From NCBI GenBank assembly GCA_046583355.1, contig JAYGCM010000034.1:11566-75565 (forward strand): 64,000 bases of DNA. Reading direction: 5' to 3'. The notes beneath the pieces are model-generated. The model saw only the letters and a list, made by a program, of their open reading frames with translations, did no database searches and had not been told where the DNA came from. Both the position numbers and the translations under genes were made by a program. Positions within the stretch are counted from its first letter, which is position 1. The number at the start of each line of letters is the position of its first letter. Source of the stretch: Deltaproteobacteria bacterium (GTDB lineage: Bacteria > Desulfobacterota > Binatia > UBA12015). Shown piece by piece: positions 30,626 through 41,540 of this stretch.

Positions 30626-33600
30626 CCGATCACCACGTTCACCAGACGCCCGGGCACGACGATCACCTTGCGGATCTCTTTGCCGTCCAGATCGGCTGCC
30701 ACCCGCTCATGCTTGCGGCCAGCGGCCTCAAGCTCTTCGCGACTGATCCCGGCGGCGGCAGCAAAACGATCGCGCACCTTGCCGTTGATCTGCAGGACGA
30801 TTTCGATTGTGTCCTGCACAAGCGCGGCCTCGGACCAGACCGGCCAGCCCGCATCGAAGATACTGCCCTCGCCCCCGAGCCAGGCGTGCATCTCCTCGGC
30901 GAGGTGCGGCGCAAAGGGTGCCAATAACTGCACGAAGCCACCGATAGCCGCGGCATAAGCGGGCGAGAGGGTATCGCGAGCGGCCCGATTTTTTTGCAGA
31001 TAATTGAGGAACTCCATCAAGGCGGCAATGGCCGTATTGAAGGCCAATTTCTCGAGGTCCTGCGATACCTTCTGCACCGCAAGGTGCAATGCCCGCACCA
31101 GGTCGGCCTCGGCCTCAGCCTCACCGGCCAAGGCCGCCGCGATGGCACCCGCCTCATCGCGGCGCAGCGCCACCAGGGTATCGCGGTCGTTGCCGACCAG
31201 CACGGTGATACGGCTGAGGAAGCGCTCGGCACCACCAACGCCCTCGTCGCTCCACTCCATATTGTTTTCGGGAGGGGCCGCGAAGAGAATCGTGATGCGC
31301 GCCACATCCGAGCCATGCTCGCGGATGAAGGGACCCATCGGCACACCGTTGCCCGAGCTTTTGCTCATGGTGACCGGACCGCTACGGGCGAAAAGCGCGC
31401 CGTCCTCTTCGACCAGGCGCTGGCTCGCGCCGCGCAGCGCTGCTTCCATCGCCTCGCGCGACATCTCGGCATCTTCGAGGCCGACGGATTTGCAAAGCGC
31501 TTCCGGTGCGCGCAGGCGCCCGTCGGCGAGCACCTCGAGCGGCGTCACGACACGGCGCTGGACCATGCCCTGGGTAAAGAGCGCGTGAAAGGGTTCGTCT
31601 TGCGGAACCAGGCCCTCGTCAAAAAGAACCTTGGTGATGAAGCGCGAATAAAGAAGGTGAAGAATCGAGTGCTCGACGCCGCCAATATATTGATCGACCG
31701 GCATCCAGCGCTCAATCGCCTCGGTCGAGAAGATCGCATCCTGGTTGCGCGCATCCGCGTAGCGCAGGAAATACCACGACGAGTCGACGAAGGTATCCAT
31801 CGTATCGGTATCTCGCAGAGCGAGCCCACCGGTTTCGGGGTCCTTGGCGTTGACGAACTCCGGAACCGACGCCAGCGGCGAGCGGCCACGCGGCAGATAA
31901 TCGTCGATCTCCGGCAGGCGCACAGGCAACTGGTCTTCGGGTACCGGCACGATGGTGCCGTCCGGGCGATGCAGCATGGGAATTGGAGTGCCCCAATAGC
32001 GCTGCCGACTCACCAGCCAATCACGTAGGCGGTAGGTGACCTTGGGGCGTCCGAGGCCATCGGCTAAAAGGCGCTCGACGATGGCCTCACCCGCCGCACC
32101 ATTGGCCTGTCCGTCCCATTCGCCGGAATTGACCAGAACGCCCTCGCCCGTCCAGGCTTCCTCGGGGTGATCGCTCGGCGTCTCGCCCGCGGGGACAATG
32201 ACGGTAACGATGGGAATGTCGAATTTCCGCGCGAATGCGAAATCACGCTCATCATGCGCCGGTACCGCCATGATCGCGCCCGTGCCGTAGCCCGTCAGAA
32301 CATAATCGGCGACCCAGACGGGCACCTCGCGGCCGTTTACCGGGTTGCTACAGAAGGCGCCTGTGAAAACGCCGGTCTTTTCGCGATCGAGATTTTGCCG
32401 CTCGATATCGCTACGCCGCGCAGCGGCCGCGATATACTCGTCCATCTCGACGCGCTGGCTCTCCGTGGTCAGGCGGGCCACCAGCGGATGCTCGGGGGCG
32501 AGCACGACGAAAGTCGCCCCACCGAGCGTATCGGGCCGTGTCGTGAAGACGGTGATATTGTCGGTCTCGCCTTCGAGTCGGAACTCGACCTCGGCGCCCT
32601 CGCTGCGACCGATCCAATTGCGCTGCATCGCACGGACCTTCTCGGGCCAGCCCTTGAGCTTGTCGAGGTCGTCCAGAAGCCGGTCGGCGTAATCCGTAAT
32701 GCGGAAGAACCATTGTTCGAGCTCGCGTTTCTCGACCAACGCGCCGCTGCGCCAGCTCCGCCCCTGCGCGTCTACCTGCTCATTTGCCAACACGGTCTGA
32801 TCGACCGGATCCCAATTCACGGTCGCCTTGGCGCGATAGGCAAGCCCGCGACGGTAGAGAAGAAGGAAAAGCCATTGCGTCCAGCGGTAATATTCGGGCT
32901 CGCAGGTGGTGACCTCGCGGTCCCATTCGTACATGATTCCCGCGGCTTCCAAAGAAGCCTTGGACTCGGCAATATTCGCCAAGGTCCAATCGCGTGGGGC
33001 ACGGCCGGTCTTGATCGCCGCGTTCTCGGCGGGCAGGCCGAAAGCATCCCAGCCGAAGGGATGCAGCACGTCATAGCCCTGCATCACATAATAGCGGGCC
33101 AGCGAGTCGCCGATATAATAATTTTTGCCGTGACCCATATGGAGGTCACCGCTCGGGTAGGGGAACATTTCGAGCACGAAGCGCTGCTCTGCACCGGCGC
33201 GGCGCCCGCTGCGGAAGATGCCCTGCTCACGCCACATCTTCTGCCAGCCCGCCTCGATCGAGGCGTCGAAGCGGAACCTCTCTTTTTCGGCCACCGGCGG
33301 CATCTCCTGGTTCTCGTCCGTCGGAGTCGGAGTCGTGACCGTAGCCGTGGACTCGGCTTGGTCTTTTTTCCTGCTCTTCGCGATTCCGTCCAGCACGCCA
33401 TTAACGAATTTCGGCGATTCGTCACCGCAAAAATCCTTGGCGAGTCGGATCGCTTCATCGATTACGACGGCCGCAGGCGGCGGCTTTTCGCCGAGCAATT
33501 CGGCGACCGCCAGGCGCAGGATCTGGGCATCCATCCGGGCCATTCGCTCGAGGCGCCAGCGCGCGCCCGAACTCTCGATGCGGGCATCGATCTTCTCGCG

Positions 33601-33807
33601 GTCGGCCGATACTTGCGCCACCAGGCGCGCGGCGCGCGCGAGCAAGGCCGGGTCGTCGCCTGCCGCGCTCGACTCTTCGTCTTCGTCGGTGAGGTGCAAG
33701 GCCGTTTCCAAGGCAGACTCAGCATCCGCTCCGGCGATATCCATCTGGTAGAGCGCCTGGACCGCCAATCGGCGGGCCTGACGTCGTAACTCCACGCTTT
33801 CTCCCAC
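30622..33807 (-). CDS. nusB-leuS: Single ORF: NusB fused to leucine--tRNA ligase
   Basis: NusB motifs [41 protein letters not shown] run without a stop into LeuRS motifs [48 protein letters not shown]. LeuRS part begins about 33303. Confidence 0.93.
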   Translation of the reverse strand: MGESVELRRQARRLAVQALYQMDIAGADAESALETALHLTDEDEESSAAGDDPALLARAARLVAQVSADREKIDARIESSGARWRLERMARMDAQILRLAVAELLGEKPPPAAVVIDEAIRLAKDFCGDESPKFVNGVLDGIAKSRKKDQAESTATVTTPTPTDENQEMPPVAEKERFRFDASIEAGWQKMWREQGIFRSGRRAGAEQRFVLEMFPYPSGDLHMGHGKNYYIGDSLARYYVMQGYDVLHPFGWDAFGLPAENAAIKTGRAPRDWTLANIAESKASLEAAGIMYEWDREVTTCEPEYYRWTQWLFLLLYRRGLAYRAKATVNWDPVDQTVLANEQVDAQGRSWRSGALVEKRELEQWFFRITDYADRLLDDLDKLKGWPEKVRAMQRNWIGRSEGAEVEFRLEGETDNITVFTTRPDTLGGATFVVLAPEHPLVARLTTESQRVEMDEYIAAAARRSDIERQNLDREKTGVFTGAFCSNPVNGREVPVWVADYVLTGYGTGAIMAVPAHDERDFAFARKFDIPIVTVIVPAGETPSDHPEEAWTGEGVLVNSGEWDGQANGAAGEAIVERLLADGLGRPKVTYRLRDWLVSRQRYWGTPIPMLHRPDGTIVPVPEDQLPVRLPEIDDYLPRGRSPLASVPEFVNAKDPETGGLALRDTDTMDTFVDSSWYFLRYADARNQDAIFSTEAIERWMPVDQYIGGVEHSILHLLYSRFITKVLFDEGLVPQDEPFHALFTQGMVQRRVVTPLEVLADGRLRAPEALCKSVGLEDAEMSREAMEAALRGASQRLVEEDGALFARSGPVTMSKSSGNGVPMGPFIREHGSDVARITILFAAPPENNMEWSDEGVGGAERFLSRITVLVGNDRDTLVALRRDEAGAIAAALAGEAEAEADLVRALHLAVQKVSQDLEKLAFNTAIAALMEFLNYLQKNRAARDTLSPAYAAAIGGFVQLLAPFAPHLAEEMHAWLGGEGSIFDAGWPVWSEAALVQDTIEIVLQINGKVRDRFAAAAGISREELEAAGRKHERVAADLDGKEIRKVIVVPGRLVNVVIG

Positions 33808-33811
33808 GATC

Positions 33812-34288
33812 CTACTCCCGCGACTCGATGGTGCGCAGCAGGCCGACCATCTCAAGCGCGGTCACCGCGGCGTCATAGCCCTTATTGCCGTGCCCGGCAC
33901 CGGCGCGTGCCAATGCCTGCTCCATCGTATCGGTGGTCAGCACACCAAAGGCGATGGCGACGCAATGGCGCGACGAGATATCGTTCACGCCTCGGCTCAC
34001 TTCACGCGAAATATAGTCAAAATGCGGCGTCTCGCCGCGCACAACAGCGCCCAGGCAAAGGATCGCATCGTAGTGGCCGCGCCGCGCGCAGGCCTCGGCC
34101 GCTACCGTGATCTCGAAAGCTCCGGGGACATGGAAAACATCGATTGATTCGGGATCTGCGCCTTTTTCAATCAATGCCTCGGTCGCGCCATCGAGAAGCG
34201 CGCCAGTGACCGCACGGTTGAAGCGCGCGACAACAATCGCAAAACGCCCGCCCGATGCATCGACGCTGCCTATAAACTCCTGGCTCAC
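33812..34288 (-). CDS. ribH: 6,7-dimethyl-8-ribityllumazine synthase
   Basis: [27 protein letters not shown]. Confidence 0.98.
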   Translation of the reverse strand: MSQEFIGSVDASGGRFAIVVARFNRAVTGALLDGATEALIEKGADPESIDVFHVPGAFEITVAAEACARRGHYDAILCLGAVVRGETPHFDYISREVSRGVNDISSRHCVAIAFGVLTTDTMEQALARAGAGHGNKGYDAAVTALEMVGLLRTIESRE

Positions 34289-35523
34289 GAGCCATCCCCC
34301 TTTTCCTGCGCGATCGACTCGGGCAGGTCTGTCAGCATATGGCCCAACTTTTCCTGCTTGGTGCGCAGGTAGGCGAGGTTCCCCGAATGGGCCTTGACCT
34401 GCAGCGGCACGCGCGCCTGCACGCGGATTCCGTGGCCTTCCAGACCTTCGATTTTACGCACATTATTGGTCATCAGCCGCACCTCCGAGACCCCCAGATC
34501 GCGCAAGATCTGAGCCGAGATGCCGTAGTCCCGCGGGTCTTCGCGGAAGCCGAGTTCGAGGTTCGCCTCGACCGTATCGCGACCCTGGTCCTGCAGAGCA
34601 TAGGCGCGGATCTTGTTGGCCAGGCCGATGCCGCGGCCTTCCTGGTGCAGATAAACAATCACACCGGCGCCGGCGGCATTGATCTCGCGCACCGCGACTT
34701 CGAGTTGTTCGCCGCAATCACAGCGCCGCGAGCCCAGCACATCGCCTGTCAGGCATTGCGAATGCACCCGCACCAGAGGCACATCGCCCTTGAGCGTGCC
34801 GCAGACCAGCGCGAGATGTTCGGTATCGTCGATTTTATTGCGGTAGGCGACGGCACGGAAATGCCCGCCAAAGGCCGAATCGAGTTTGATCTCGTCGAGG
34901 CGCTCGACAAGGAGCTCATGGCGCAGGCGATGTTGCACGACCGCCTCTACGCTGACCACCACCAACTTATGGCGGGCGGCAAACTCCATCAGCCCCGAAC
35001 CCGTGGCGACCTCGCCTTCCTGGTCCAATACCGTGCAGGTTGCCGCGGCCGGAGAAAGCGCGGCAAGGCGGGCCAGGTCAAGCGCAGCCTCGGTACGTCC
35101 GGGCCTTTCCAATACACCGCCCTCGGCGGCCTGGATCGGCAATACATGGCCCGGCATCACGATATCGGCGGCGCCGCTGCGCGGATCAATTGCCGTGCGT
35201 ATCGTGACCGCGCGATCCGCAGCCGAGATGCCCGTCGTCACGCCACGCCGCGCCTCGAAGGAGGTGCCGTAGGCAACCGACTCATCAGCTACCCGGTCGG
35301 CCGCAAGGAGCGGAATACCGAGGCGCGCCATGGCCGCCGGCAGCAAGGGCATGCAGACCAGGCCACGGGCCTCTACCGCCATGAAGCTCACATGCTCCTC
35401 GAGGGTACGATCCGCCGCGACGCAGAGATCGCCGGCGGTAGGCGCGGCGGCATCATCTACGACCAGGATCATCTTGCCCTCGCGCAACGCGGCAACGGCG
35501 CTATCGAGATTATCTGTTGTCAT
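34285..35523 (-). CDS. ribBA: RibBA fusion: degenerate DHBP synthase domain plus intact GTP cyclohydrolase II
   Basis: GCH II motifs RVHSQCLTGD, RCDCGEQL, QEGRGIGL, RDYG are intact. RibB motif reads DDAAAPTAGDL instead of DDEDRENEGDL. Confidence 0.93.
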   Translation of the reverse strand: MTTDNLDSAVAALREGKMILVVDDAAAPTAGDLCVAADRTLEEHVSFMAVEARGLVCMPLLPAAMARLGIPLLAADRVADESVAYGTSFEARRGVTTGISAADRAVTIRTAIDPRSGAADIVMPGHVLPIQAAEGGVLERPGRTEAALDLARLAALSPAAATCTVLDQEGEVATGSGLMEFAARHKLVVVSVEAVVQHRLRHELLVERLDEIKLDSAFGGHFRAVAYRNKIDDTEHLALVCGTLKGDVPLVRVHSQCLTGDVLGSRRCDCGEQLEVAVREINAAGAGVIVYLHQEGRGIGLANKIRAYALQDQGRDTVEANLELGFREDPRDYGISAQILRDLGVSEVRLMTNNVRKIEGLEGHGIRVQARVPLQVKAHSGNLAYLRTKQEKLGHMLTDLPESIAQEKGDGS

Positions 35524-36649
35524 GGCCCTTCTTCCGTCCTGGTCGCGAAGGCCGTCCGCGGTGCAGCAGATCGCGCCCCACCAACTCGACCTGATGATCT
35601 TCCAGCACCACCGCCGCTGCGGGGTTGCTGATTCCGAATCCATCGATCATCGCCTTGCCGTCGCCTCCAATTATCAGGGGTGCCTGGAAGCACGCCAGTT
35701 CATCGACGTGGCCTCCGCGCAGGAACTCCGCAGCGATCGCCGCGCCCCCCTCCACCAGTACCGAAAGCAGACCACGATTGCCCAAATGGCGCAGCAGGCT
35801 GCCCAGATCGACCCGGCCGCGCCGCGTCGCGACCCGCAGCACCTCCGCTCCGGCAGCCTCCAGGCGGGCGGCAGCGACGGCGGATGCCGTGCGCGTCGTG
35901 GCGATCAGAACCGCGCCACGCCCAGCGGAGAAGATCCGCGCATCGGGCGGCGTGCGCAGCCGGCTATCGACAATGATGCGTAGCGGGTCCCGGCCGCGTG
36001 CGATGCGGCAATTCAGCGCAGGGTCATCGGCCAGGACAGTACCGATGCCAACCAAGACGGCGTCCATTTCATTGCGCCAGCGATGGCCCTGTCGCCGTGC
36101 TTCGGGGCCGGTAATCCAGCGCGAGGCACCCCCGTGCGCGGCGATTTTCCCGTCCAAAGAAGTCGCCAACTTGAGCCGCACAAAGGGCAAGCCGGTAGTG
36201 ATATGGCGGCGAAAATAGGCGATCAGCTGATCGCTCGCGGCCGACTCGTCGCCGACTTCGACCTCGATCCCAGCGCGGCGCAGCAGACGCAAGCCACGGC
36301 CGCGAACCGCCGGGTTCGGGTCCACCGAACCGACGACCACGCGAGCAATCCCGGCCGCCTGCACACGCGGCGCACAGGCCGGCGTGCGACCCTCGACGGT
36401 ACAAGGCTCAAGCGTACAATAAAGAGTGGCGCCCCGGGCCTTGTCGCCGGCTTGCGCAAGCGCGATGGCCTCGGCATGCCCGGCACCGGCGCGGCGGTGG
36501 TAGCCCTCGCCCACCACCCGACCGGCGCGCACGATGACGGCACCGACCGGCGGGTTCGGGCTGGTACGGCCAAGGCCGCGGCGCGCCAATTCGAGCGCGC
36601 GCCCGAGGAAGCGGAGATCGCGCTCCTTCTGGCGGTTCCCGGAGGCCAC
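35510..36649 (-). CDS. ribD: Bifunctional riboflavin deaminase/reductase
   Basis: TSPNPPVG, HAE, TLEPC...TPAC, SLDGKIA, DDPAL, VEGG. Confidence 0.98.
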   Translation of the reverse strand: MASGNRQKERDLRFLGRALELARRGLGRTSPNPPVGAVIVRAGRVVGEGYHRRAGAGHAEAIALAQAGDKARGATLYCTLEPCTVEGRTPACAPRVQAAGIARVVVGSVDPNPAVRGRGLRLLRRAGIEVEVGDESAASDQLIAYFRRHITTGLPFVRLKLATSLDGKIAAHGGASRWITGPEARRQGHRWRNEMDAVLVGIGTVLADDPALNCRIARGRDPLRIIVDSRLRTPPDARIFSAGRGAVLIATTRTASAVAAARLEAAGAEVLRVATRRGRVDLGSLLRHLGNRGLLSVLVEGGAAIAAEFLRGGHVDELACFQAPLIIGGDGKAMIDGFGISNPAAAVVLEDHQVELVGRDLLHRGRPSRPGRKKGHDNR

Positions 36650-36651
36650 GA

Positions 36652-37158
36652 TTATGAGCGCGCGGGGCGCCGCTTTTTGCGCACAGGGGCACGCGTAGTT
36701 TTGCGACGGTCCTGGAGCAGGTCCTGCAGCTCGCTCATGAACTCGTCGATATCCTGGAAGGAACGGTACACGGACGCGAAGCGGACATAGGCGACCGTAT
36801 CGAGTTCGTGCAAGGCCTTCATCACGGCCTCGCCAATGACCGAACTCGGCACCTCTTTCTCGCCCATTTCGAGCAGCGAGCGGGCAATCCGGTCGGCGGT
36901 CGCTTCGATATCATCGACCGGCACCGGCCGCTTCTCGCACGCCTTCAACAGGCCATCGAGAAGTTTGCGACGGTCGAAGGATTCGCGGCGATCATCTTTT
37001 TTGACGATCGCCGGAAGGTTCTCTTCGACCCGCTCGTAGGTCGTGAAGCGCCGGCCGCAAGGATCACATTCGCGACGCCGCCGAATCACGTCGCCGTCTT
37101 TACCGAGTCGCGAATCGACGACCCGATTATTCAGGTCTCGACACCCCGGGCACTTCAA
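36652..37158 (-). CDS. nrdR: Transcriptional repressor NrdR
   Basis: [36 protein letters not shown] start overlaps the glyA TGA. Confidence 0.98.
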   Translation of the reverse strand: MKCPGCRDLNNRVVDSRLGKDGDVIRRRRECDPCGRRFTTYERVEENLPAIVKKDDRRESFDRRKLLDGLLKACEKRPVPVDDIEATADRIARSLLEMGEKEVPSSVIGEAVMKALHELDTVAYVRFASVYRSFQDIDEFMSELQDLLQDRRKTTRAPVRKKRRPARS

Positions 37159-38420
37159 GAGCCTACTCGTGCCCCTGGATAGAGGGGAAATTGACGGCAA
37201 AGTTCGGTGGTTTCCTGGGCGATTGCGGCAAGCGCCTTGGCGTCGCCCACGCTACCGAGAGCCCGCGTGATCAGCTCCGCGATGGTGTCCATCTCGGCGG
37301 TACCCATACCGCGCGAAGTGATCGTCGGCGTTCCCAATCGCACGCCACTGGTCACGAAGGGCGAGCGGGTCTCGAAGGGCACAGTATTTCTATTTGTCGT
37401 GATGCGCGCCTCGTCGAGCGTTTCCTGGGCGACCTTGCCGGTCATATCCGAGCCCGTGAAATCGATCAGGAGGAGGTGGTTGTCGGTCCCGCCCGACACC
37501 AACCGGAACCCCCGCTGGATCAGGCCCGCGGCAAGCGCGCGGGCATTGTCGACGATTTGTTGCTGGTAGGCGCGGAATTCTTCGGTAGCTGCTTCCTTGA
37601 GCGCCACGGCTTTGGCCGCGATCACGTGCATCAGGGGGCCGCCCTGGTTGCCCGGGAAGACCGAACTATTCGTGCGCTTGGCCTCGTCCATGCGGCCCAG
37701 GATCAAACCGCCACGCGGTCCGCGTAGAGTTTTATGGGTCGTCGTCGTCACCAGGTCGGCATACGGAACCGGTGATGGATGGATGCCAGCGGCCACCAGG
37801 CCGGCAAAATGCGCCATATCCACAAAAAGCTTGGCACCACATTCGTCGGCCGCCGCGCGCAGAGCCGCGAAATCGAGCTCACGCGGGTAGGCGCTATGAC
37901 CGCCAACCACCAGTTTCGGGCGATGCTCACGCGCGAGACGCCGCACCTCATCATAGTCGATGCGCTGATCTTCTTCGCGCACACCATAGGGCACCACGTT
38001 GAAGAATTTTCCCGAAAAATTCACCGGGCTGCCATGCGTCAGGTGGCCGCCATGAGTCAGGTTCATCGCGAGAATCGTGTCGCCAGGCTCCAGCTGCGAG
38101 AAGTACACAGCCATATTGGCCTGTGAACCCGAATGCGGCTGTACGTTGGCGAAGTCCGCACCGAAGAGCTCTATGGCCCGATCGATGGCGATCTGCTCGA
38201 CCACGTCGACATGCTCGCAGCCGCCGTAATAGCGCTTCCCCGGCAGTCCCTCAGCGTATTTATTGGTCAGGACCGAACCCTGCGCCTCCAATACCGCGCG
38301 GCTGACGGCGTTCTCAGACGGGATCAGCTCGAGGTTATCCTCCTGTCGCTGCGCCTCGCGATCGATGGCGGCCGCGATATCGGGATCGGCCTCGTGCAGA
38401 CCTGTCTGAGAAATACTCAC
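37155..38420 (-). CDS. glyA: Serine hydroxymethyltransferase
   Basis: [33 protein letters not shown]. Confidence 0.99.
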   Translation of the reverse strand: MSISQTGLHEADPDIAAAIDREAQRQEDNLELIPSENAVSRAVLEAQGSVLTNKYAEGLPGKRYYGGCEHVDVVEQIAIDRAIELFGADFANVQPHSGSQANMAVYFSQLEPGDTILAMNLTHGGHLTHGSPVNFSGKFFNVVPYGVREEDQRIDYDEVRRLAREHRPKLVVGGHSAYPRELDFAALRAAADECGAKLFVDMAHFAGLVAAGIHPSPVPYADLVTTTTHKTLRGPRGGLILGRMDEAKRTNSSVFPGNQGGPLMHVIAAKAVALKEAATEEFRAYQQQIVDNARALAAGLIQRGFRLVSGGTDNHLLLIDFTGSDMTGKVAQETLDEARITTNRNTVPFETRSPFVTSGVRLGTPTITSRGMGTAEMDTIAELITRALGSVGDAKALAAIAQETTELCRQFPLYPGARVGS

Positions 38421-38653
38421 GTATTTGCTTCGATGTAGGTGACGATATCGCCAACCGTGCGGATTTTTTCCGCGTCCTCATCAGAGATCTCGAGGTCGTA
38501 TTCCTCTTCGAGTGCCATCACCAATTCGACGATATCGAGCGAGTCCGCGCCGAGATCCTCGATGAACGAGGCGTTTGCCGCCACTTCATCTTCTGCGACA
38601 CCGAGTTGCTCACAGACGATTTCCTTGATTTTTCCTTCAACCTCAGAAGCCAT
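38417..38653 (-). CDS. acpP: Acyl carrier protein
   Basis: [19 protein letters not shown]. Confidence 0.98.
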   Translation of the reverse strand: MASEVEGKIKEIVCEQLGVAEDEVAANASFIEDLGADSLDIVELVMALEEEYDLEISDEDAEKIRTVGDIVTYIEANT

Positions 38654-38763
38654 AATTTGGTTCCCCTCCCTCTTGAATGGTCCAGATTTCCGAACGTTTA
38701 ACGAGTTGCCAGCAGGCATGCCACCGGCGCGACGGCACCGCGCAGGCGCGCAGAGACCCCCGC

Positions 38764-39525
38764 TCAGACATACATACCGCCGTTTACGGCAAGTACATGC
38801 CCCGTGATGTAGCCCGAATCCTTGCCGGCCAGAAATCCGACCGCACGGGCGACTTCTTGCGTGGTCCCCAGGCGTCCGAGCGGAATTCCGAGAAGGTAGG
38901 CCGCGCGAGCTTCTTCGGGCAGCGCAAGGGTCATTTCCGTATCGATCAGACCCGGCGCAACCGCGTTGACGGTGATGGCGCGCGAGGCGAATTCGCGGGC
39001 CATCGAACGCGTCATCCCCTCGAGCCCGGCCTTGGTCGCCGCATAGGCCACCTGCCCCGCGTTGCCCATCGAGGCCACCACCGAGGTCACATTGACGATG
39101 CGCCCGTAGCGCGCGCGCATCATGCTGCGCGCGGCGGCCTTGGAGCATGCGAAGGCACCGCTGAGGTTCACCGCGAGGATCTTCTCCCAATCCTCGCTTT
39201 TGTAGCGCAGCACCAAGCCGTCGCGCGCGATGCCCGCGTTATTCACCAGAATCTCGAGGCTACCGCGCGCCTTGGCAAAGGCGCGCACGGCGTCACCGGC
39301 GGCTTTGCCGCTGCCGACATCGAAGGGAACCAACTCGCCAGCTCCGCCGACGGCGTGGATCTCGGCCAAAGCCTCCTTGGCCGCCGCTTCGTTGGACACA
39401 AAATTCACGCCGACCCAGGCTCCACGCTCCGCCAACTCAACGGCGATGGCGCGGCCGATGCCGCGCGATGCCCCGGTAACCAAGGCGGTCTGCCCTGCGA
39501 GGTCTTGCTGCCTTGCCACGCTCAT
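38764..39525 (-). CDS. fabG: 3-oxoacyl-ACP reductase
   Basis: [18 protein letters not shown]. Lies between fabD and acpP. Confidence 0.96.
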   Translation of the reverse strand: MSVARQQDLAGQTALVTGASRGIGRAIAVELAERGAWVGVNFVSNEAAAKEALAEIHAVGGAGELVPFDVGSGKAAGDAVRAFAKARGSLEILVNNAGIARDGLVLRYKSEDWEKILAVNLSGAFACSKAAARSMMRARYGRIVNVTSVVASMGNAGQVAYAATKAGLEGMTRSMAREFASRAITVNAVAPGLIDTEMTLALPEEARAAYLLGIPLGRLGTTQEVARAVGFLAGKDSGYITGHVLAVNGGMYV

Positions 39526-40496
39526 GCAGATGCTCCTTTGCCTGCGCTTTGAAATTCTTCGATGACCTTGGCAATGCCGGCCAGGTCGCCGGTAGGCTGG
39601 CAGGGATAGCCACGTTGGATGCGCCGCATCAACCCGCCCAGCACACGGCCCGGCCCGACCTCGATGGCGCGCGGCGCCTCAGAGGCCACGACAAGCGCAC
39701 ATTCTTCCCAGCGTACGGGCGAAGTCACCTGTTCGGCAAGCAAGACGCGCCAGCGTGCGGCATCCCGCACGGCGCAGCCGGCGACATTGGAGACGACGGC
39801 AATATTGCTGGCGTGAAAAGAGAGCTCGCCCAGCACCTCTTCGAGGCGCGCGCGTGCCGGCGCCATCAGCGGGCTGTGGAAGGGTTGGCTCACCTGAAGG
39901 CGGCTAGCGCGAATCTTTTGCCCGGCGGCCGCAGCCTCGACGCGCTCCAGCGCGGCTATATGACCGGCCACGACAATCTGGCGACCACCATTGAGGTTGG
40001 CCGGCACCACCAAGCTTTGCGGGCCCAGGCTGGCGGCGGCGCAAAGCTCTTCGGCTGTTTCCTGATCGATACCCAAAAGCGCGGTCATGGCGCCCTCGCC
40101 CGGTGCCATTGCCTCGCGCATGAAGAGCCCACGCTGCCGCACGGCGAGCACCGCCGCGGCGAAGTCCAATACACCCGCAAGCACCAGGGCCGACCATTCG
40201 CCGAGACTATGGCCGGCGGCAATCGTGGGGCGCAGGCCGGCCTCTTCGTCCAGCACGCGCCCGATGGCGGCCGAGACCGTGAGCAGCGCTGGCTGGGCAT
40301 TTTCGGTCAGCATCAGCTTATCCGCGGGCCCATCGGCGCAAAGCGCCGAGATCGAAAAACCCAAGGCGTCGTCCGCTTCTGCGAATACGCGCCGGGCCGC
40401 CGGGAACTCCCGCGCCAATTCGACGCCCATGCCGACTGCCTGCGCACCCTGGCCAGGACAGAAAAATGCCAGACCCTTCTCCGTCATCGTCGTCAT
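39522..40496 (-). CDS. fabD: Malonyl-CoA:ACP transacylase
   Basis: PGQGAQ, TENAQPA, GHSLGE, FHSPLM. Confidence 0.97.
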   Translation of the reverse strand: MTTMTEKGLAFFCPGQGAQAVGMGVELAREFPAARRVFAEADDALGFSISALCADGPADKLMLTENAQPALLTVSAAIGRVLDEEAGLRPTIAAGHSLGEWSALVLAGVLDFAAAVLAVRQRGLFMREAMAPGEGAMTALLGIDQETAEELCAAASLGPQSLVVPANLNGGRQIVVAGHIAALERVEAAAAGQKIRASRLQVSQPFHSPLMAPARARLEEVLGELSFHASNIAVVSNVAGCAVRDAARWRVLLAEQVTSPVRWEECALVVASEAPRAIEVGPGRVLGGLMRRIQRGYPCQPTGDLAGIAKVIEEFQSAGKGASA

Positions 40497-40668
40497 TCTC
40501 GCTCTGGTTGGCCACCGTCAAGGCACGGCTGAAGGACAGCGGTGGTCGGGCGCCTGGGACTCGCGCGCAACCAGAAGCCTTCCGGCTCCAGACCGTGCCG
40601 GCGCCGGTATTTCCCGCAGAGACGACACCCGTAGCGAGTCCGTCGTGCCGCAGGAGAAGGCCGGATTG
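40497..40668 (-). pseudogene. plsX: Scar of plsX (phosphate acyltransferase)
   Basis: Immediately after the rpmF stop the same frame reads QSGLLLRHDGLATGVVSAGNTGAGTVWSRKASGCARVPGARPPL. SAGNTGA is the PlsX signature and this is the usual plsX position. Confidence 0.75.
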
Positions 40669-40851
40669 CTAGCCTTCCTGGTCTTCGGCTACCTTGCGCC
40701 CGCGGTAGACACCACAGGTCGGGCAGGCACGATGACGCAGTTTCGCCTCGCCGCATTGGTTGCAGGGCTCGAAATTCGGTGCCGTCAGCGCATCATGCGC
40801 GCGTCGCATATTCTTCTTGCGGACTGAAGTCCGTCTTTTGGGAACTGCCAT
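40669..40851 (-). CDS. rpmF: 50S ribosomal protein L32 (zinc-ribbon form)
   Basis: MAVPKRRTS, CNQC, HRACPTCG. Confidence 0.98.
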   Translation of the reverse strand: MAVPKRRTSVRKKNMRRAHDALTAPNFEPCNQCGEAKLRHRACPTCGVYRGRKVAEDQEG

Positions 40852-40905
40852 CTGTCTCTTTCGCCTCGCCCCGGATGCGCGAAGTGCGCATAAGTTACCG
40901 GTTTT

Positions 40906-41472
40906 TCAAGTTTTTTCGGTGCTCCGCCCCTCGCGAGAGGAGGCTTTGACCTTGAGTTCACGTAGCACCGCGAAGCGCGGATCGAGAGACTCACGCGTGC
41001 ACGTACAGGTTTCTTCGTTGAGATTCGACCCACAAGATCCGCAAAGTCCACGACATTGCGCTGAACAAAGCGCTCGCGTCGGCAGATCGAGCAACGCCTG
41101 CTCGAGGCAAAGCGCACCCAGGTCGAGTTCTTTGCCAGAATAATAGGCCAGCGTCAGGTCGTTGGCGCCGAGCTCGGTCTTGCGGTCGTCGGCCATTTCC
41201 TGGGGCAGTAGAATCGTCTGGAACTCCACTTCCACCATGCTCGCTACAGCGCCCAGGCACCGAGAGCACGAGCCAGCGAACTCTCCACGAACCGCACCGG
41301 AGACAAAAAGCCCCTGATCGGCGCGGTAGCAACTGGCGGTTACCGCAAGCTCTCGGCTGGGGGCGAACTCCGGAGGATTGGCGCCTACAAGCGTTGCGGC
41401 AATCTCTTCGACCGGCATCGCGAAAGCGTATTCGCGAGTTTCTTCCGTGATTTCTTCTATGCGGAGTTTCAT
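40906..41472 (-). CDS. YceD/DUF177 family protein
   Basis: CSRCL, LC..CRGLC..CG.NLN, DPRF. Upstream of rpmF. Confidence 0.94.
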   Translation of the reverse strand: MKLRIEEITEETREYAFAMPVEEIAATLVGANPPEFAPSRELAVTASCYRADQGLFVSGAVRGEFAGSCSRCLGAVASMVEVEFQTILLPQEMADDRKTELGANDLTLAYYSGKELDLGALCLEQALLDLPTRALCSAQCRGLCGSCGSNLNEETCTCTRESLDPRFAVLRELKVKASSREGRSTEKT

Positions 41473-41540
41473 GGCAATGGCTCGGAGGGGGTCGCTCCAT
41501 AGGGAAAGGTAGACATTGCGCCCCGAAATTCAATCCGGCC

